Assembly: GCF_000195975.1 (NCBI RefSeq)
Contig: NC_005070.1
Location: forward strand, 480,001 to 512,000
From: Parasynechococcus marenigrum WH 8102
Lineage (GTDB): Bacteria > Cyanobacteriota > Cyanobacteriia > PCC-6307 > Cyanobiaceae
Length of the DNA: 32,000 bases
Direction of reading: 5' to 3'
The notes beneath the pieces were generated by a model. That model was not told where the DNA came from, made no database searches, and saw only the letters and a program-made list of their open reading frames with translations. The position numbers and the translations under genes are program-made. Below, piece after piece: positions 25,559-32,000 of the stretch (position 1 is the first letter of the stretch; each line of letters begins with the position of its first letter).

Positions 25559-26712
25559 GCCACCTGCAGCAAAATCCAGAACAGAAAGATCACCAGTTTC
25601 ATCAGGCCTTCGATGCCGGTTAGGCAGGGGTGGGGATAGCTGAGGATCAAGGTGAGGGCTAGCAACACCATCTCGAAGGGCTCCAGCCCCAGGATCACAT
25701 CGGTGTTGGTGATCACCCCAAGCACCAGCACCGCCGGCACGGTGAGGCTCACGGTGGCCACCACCGAGCCATAAAGGGTGTTGATCGAGCGTTGCACCTC
25801 CCCCTGTGAGGCTGCCTGCACGGCGTTAAGTGCTTCCGGCGCCAGGATCAACATCGCCACCAGCACGCCGGCCAGTGAACTGGGTAACCCCAGGTCGGTG
25901 ATGCCGGTTTCAATCAGCTGCCCCATCGACTCGGCGATCAGGCACACCACCAACAGGCCAGCCACCAACAGCGTTGCGGCCTTCCACAGCGGCAGAGCTT
26001 GAGCCTCGGCCTCGAGGGCGACTTCGTCTCGGATGATCAGGCTCTTCCGTTCGGTGTAGAGGTTGCTGTAACGCCCCATCTGGGCGCTGATGAAAACGGC
26101 GTAGACCCCCAGGGCCACCACCGACAACACCACATTCACCGGGGTGCTGAAGTTCGCCTCCGTGGTGCTGCGGCTGAAGTTGGGAATCACCAGGGCCAGC
26201 ACGCACATGGTGCTGATCAGATCGAAGTAAGTGAGGGCACCCAGCAGGTTGGGGCCCACCATCTGGCTGGTGTCCACCTTGCCGTCATCGCAGAGGGCCC
26301 CGCGGCGCACGGCGGCCAGCAGATTGCAGAGACCGGTCACCCCAGTCAGGGCGATCATCACCACCGAGAACATGGAATCCCGAGCCAGGGTCGGGTTGCG
26401 CTCGCCGGTCAGCATCGTGCTGGCGATGAGCGCCAGTTCGATTGTCATCACCGCCGCCGTCAGCACCAGGGTCCCCTAGGGCTGTCCGATCAGCTCGGCT
26501 ACCCGGTCTGCCTGATCGGCCACGCTGCGGGAGAGCAACAGCACCACGACGCTCAGCAGGATCAGGCCGCTGAGCACGAGCGCGGTGGGTTGCACCAGTA
26601 GCCAGCCCATCACGTCGGTGAGTTCGATTGAGGCCAGGACTGCAAGGCCCACCAGGATCGGAAACAGCAGTGGGATCCACCCCCCATGGCGTTGAGCGGC
26701 CGAGTCGGTCAT
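25555..26712 (-). pseudogene. Ca2+/H+ antiporter (CAX/ChaA family) interrupted by a single in-frame TAG
   Basis: ORFs 26476..26712 (78 aa) and 25555..26466 (303 aa) are in the same frame. Minus-strand reading across the junction gives E L I G Q P TAG G T L V L T A A V M T I E. Together they make a 385-codon multi-TM protein of CAX size and pattern. Confidence 0.75.
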
Positions 26713-27419
26713 GGGGCTAGTTCGTCCAGGAGCATCGGGAGAAGCTCCCGGGTTGCGCCAACGATGCGGTCGGCGCCGGCGTCCTGCAGCTGCCGGTGAT
26801 ACGTCGAAACATCGGTGACATGCGGTGGGGCCACAGCAAGGCTGCGCCAGGGAAGCTCTGGTCGCCGCTTGCGGGCATTCAGCACCGTCTGCACGTCAGC
26901 CACCGTGTCGCCGATGTAGGCGATCCAGTGGGGGACCTCGCCGGCGGCCATCTGCTCAGCCAGGCGAATCAAGCCGGTGGGATCTGGTTTGTCGGGCGCA
27001 TCGCCCATGGCGATCAGGGGGGGATCCTTCAGGTCAAGCCGCTGCTGCAGCACATAGCGGGCTGAGGGGGGTTCGGCCCCGCTCACGAAGCCCCAGCGGA
27101 TGTCATGCCGGGTGAGCTCGTCGAAGAAGGCTCGAGTCACCAGCAGCGGCTCGTCGCCGATGAAGCCCTGCCATTCAGCGGGATCACCCTCGGGATCACC
27201 GCCGAAATAGAAGCCGCTGAACACCTCGATCAGCTCGCTTCTGCTCGGAACATCGTTTTCATGGCGACGCAGTAGTTCCAAGCTGGCGTCCCAGTCGTTG
27301 TTCCAGCAGCCCTCGGCTTTGAGGGCATCAATGTCCGCCGCCATCGGCTGCCAGCCGCTGTAGTGCTCCACCGTGACCTGGAGGGCGCGTCGGTAGCTGC
27401 CGGCGACATCACGGATCAC
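26709..27419 (-). CDS. HAD-superfamily hydrolase (subfamily IA, TIGR01548-like); true 5' end probably upstream of 27434
   Basis: It has HAD motif III/IV-like IAYIGDTVADV and KPDP. The coordinates use the first canonical start (GTG 27419). The open frame continues upstream and encodes AILLFDIDGV (HAD motif I) with no ATG, GTG or TTG before the stop at 27528-27530. The gene's stop overlaps the antiporter ATG (ATGA). Confidence 0.75.
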   Translation of the reverse strand: MIRDVAGSYRRALQVTVEHYSGWQPMAADIDALKAEGCWNNDWDASLELLRRHENDVPSRSELIEVFSGFYFGGDPEGDPAEWQGFIGDEPLLVTRAFFDELTRHDIRWGFVSGAEPPSARYVLQQRLDLKDPPLIAMGDAPDKPDPTGLIRLAEQMAAGEVPHWIAYIGDTVADVQTVLNARKRRPELPWRSLAVAPPHVTDVSTYHRQLQDAGADRIVGATRELLPMLLDELAP

Positions 27420-27496
27420 GCCGTCGATGTCGAACAGCAGAATCGCTGGTGAGCTCAGAAGATTGATTTGGAGCGGCTGGTAGGTTAGTCGTTTGA

Positions 27497-28057
<561 letters not shown>

Positions 28058-28082
28058 TTCAAACGTTTTTAGTTTTCGATGA

Positions 28083-28108
28083 TCCCGCCGCAAGGCGGGG
28101 CTTTTTTT
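28083..28108 (+). terminator. Rho-independent terminator after ycf65
   Basis: CCCGCC-gcaa-GGCGGG (a GNRA loop) is followed by a T7 run. Confidence 0.8.
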
Positions 28109-28116
28109 ATGCCATT

Positions 28117-28140
28117 AAAAAAGCCGAGATGATACCGGCT
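28117..28140 (-). terminator. Candidate terminator of the beta-epsilon operon
   Basis: The minus strand reads AGCCG-gtatcatct-CGGCT followed by T6. It lies 30 nt after the epsilon stop. Confidence 0.55.
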
Positions 28141-28169
28141 GATGGATCAATGTTGTTGAGCGGGTGTGC

Positions 28170-28580
28170 TCAATCTGCAGACTTGCTGGCCTGCATGCGT
28201 GCACGGGCCATGTTCAGCTGTTGCTGAGCTTTGACCTTTTCAGGGGAAGCCGGCTGGCCTTCCAGTCCATCCACCACGGTGGTGGCTTTCTGGAAGTCGG
28301 CCTCGGCGGTGTTGCCGTCGATGGTGCTGCCCAGTTCAGCCTGATTCACCAGTACGGTGACTTCATCGGCATCCACTTCAGCAAATCCGCCCATCAAGGC
28401 GATGGAGTTCCAGCCGCCATTGGCGCGAACGCGCAGCACACCTACATCGATGGCGGTGAGCAAAGAGATGTGGCCAGGCAGGATGCCGAGCTGACCGGTG
28501 GTGCTGGGCAGGATCACCTCATCGGCGCTGCCATCAAAGACGTTCTGGTCAGGTGCCAGCACGCGGAGGGTGAGGGACAT
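28170..28580 (-). CDS. atpC: F0F1 ATP synthase subunit epsilon (cyanobacterial atpE)
   Basis: The 136-aa product begins MSLTLRVLAPDQNVFDGSADEVILPSTTGQLGILPGHISLLTAIDVGVLRV. Confidence 0.95.
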   Translation of the reverse strand: MSLTLRVLAPDQNVFDGSADEVILPSTTGQLGILPGHISLLTAIDVGVLRVRANGGWNSIALMGGFAEVDADEVTVLVNQAELGSTIDGNTAEADFQKATTVVDGLEGQPASPEKVKAQQQLNMARARMQASKSAD

Positions 28581-28626
28581 GAACCTTGGTTCGGAGGGAG
28601 AAAGGGACGACAGACAACAAGTAACT

Positions 28627-28647
28627 GGGGGTGTAAGTCACACCCCC
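28627..28647 (-). other. Perfect 8-bp GC-rich hairpin between the beta and epsilon genes
   Basis: GGGGGTGT-aagtc-ACACCCCC lies 8 nt downstream of the atpD stop on the mRNA and is followed by AGUUACUUGUUGU. Confidence 0.45.
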
Positions 28648-28654
28648 ATCAGGA

Positions 28655-30178
<1,524 letters not shown>

Positions 30179-30259
30179 TTACCACTGCTGAGCCGCACTC
30201 CCCCGGTTCGGTCAACCGCACAGCCTGGAGCTGGTGAGAGGGGTGGTCGCTTGCATACG

Positions 30260-30286
30260 TTGGCACTCGTCGGCCCCGAGTGCCAG
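30260..30286 (+). promoter_or_regulatory. CIRCE operator (HrcA binding site) upstream of groES
   Basis: TTGGCACTC-N9-GAGTGCCAG compares with the consensus TTAGCACTC-N9-GAGTGCTAA. The inverted-repeat core TGGCACTC/GAGTGCCA is perfect. The element ends 50 nt upstream of the groES ATG. Confidence 0.85.
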
Positions 30287-30336
30287 CTCGAGTCGAACCG
30301 GCGCTCCGGCGCCCTGTCCCTGCTCCTGCATTTCTC

Positions 30337-30648
30337 ATGGCAGCTGTTTCTCTCAGCGTCTCCACCGTCAAGCCCCTTGGCGACCGCGTGTTCATCAAGG
30401 TCTCCGAATCCGAGGAGAAAACCGCCGGTGGCATCCTTCTGCCCGATACCGCCAAGGAAAAGCCCCAGGTGGGTGAAGTGGTCCAGGTGGGCCCCGGTAA
30501 GCGCAACGACGACGGCAGCCGTCAGGCTCCTGAAGTCGGCGTTGGCGACAAGGTTCTGTACAGCAAGTACGCCGGCACCGACATCAAGCTGGGCGGTGAC
30601 GAGTTCGTCCTGCTCACCGAAAAGGACATCCTGGCCATCGTCAACTGA
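30337..30648 (+). CDS. groES: Co-chaperonin GroES
   Basis: The product starts at [49 protein letters not shown] and is 103 aa. The ORF-track start at 30280 lies inside CIRCE and is rejected. Confidence 0.97.
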   Translation: MAAVSLSVSTVKPLGDRVFIKVSESEEKTAGGILLPDTAKEKPQVGEVVQVGPGKRNDDGSRQAPEVGVGDKVLYSKYAGTDIKLGGDEFVLLTEKDILAIVN

Positions 30649-30693
30649 GACGGGACCCAGACCTCAGCGTTTTTGAACACCTCTCTTACTTAG

Positions 30694-32000
<1,307 letters not shown>

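Noticed and set aside
26466-26478. Treating 25555..26466 and 26476..26712 as two independent genuine genes.
   Set aside because: They share one frame, separated by only a TAG plus three codons. The sequence across the junction (GQP-stop-GTL) continues a single conserved antiporter segment. A 78-aa two-helix fragment has no obvious independent function. The split-gene option is kept as an alternative in the finding.

Overview
The window looks like a GC-rich, gene-dense chromosome segment of a marine or coastal Synechococcus-type cyanobacterium. That origin is inferred from the gene content and from the strong G/C third-position codon bias.

Gene content, in order:
- 1-3257: the tail of a cell-surface glycosylation cluster. 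It holds a 5'-truncated GT4 glycosyltransferase and a GT61/DUF563-like gene, followed by a HEPN / minimal nucleotidyltransferase pair. This is the only clearly accessory-looking part of the window.
- tlyA.
- The allophycocyanin core operon apcE / apcA-apcB-apcC on the minus strand.
- A divergent SAM methyltransferase, a candidate cpcM.
- The large cyanobacterial ATP synthase operon: atp1, a, c, b', b, delta, alpha, gamma.
- A 2OG-Fe(II)-oxygenase-like gene, then a translationally coupled four-gene cluster: 2Fe-2S ferredoxin, a 61-aa ORF, a DUF3326-like protein and YchJ.
- A tightly packed minus-strand operon: CNNM/CBS, GTPase, nadD, nadE, ald.
- pepP.
- A Ca2+/H+ antiporter gene interrupted by one in-frame TAG.
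- A HAD hydrolase whose catalytic DxD motif lies upstream of any canonical start codon.
- PSRP-3/Ycf65 with a long N-terminal extension.
- The small ATP synthase operon (beta-epsilon).
- groES-groEL behind a CIRCE operator.

I found no rRNA, tRNA, CRISPR array, transposase or integrase.

The most noteworthy observations are:
- the nonsense-interrupted antiporter;
- the HAD gene with no usable canonical start;
- the HEPN-MNT module in inverted gene order;
- the ferredoxin-centred cluster of uncharacterised genes;
- the recurrent CCUCC-containing pyrimidine leaders, rather than Shine-Dalgarno sites, upstream of the highly expressed genes;
- the strong stem-loops bracketing the ATP synthase c-subunit gene.

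Everything here comes from reading the sequence and ORF translations by eye. No database search was run, and family names are recalled from motif knowledge.
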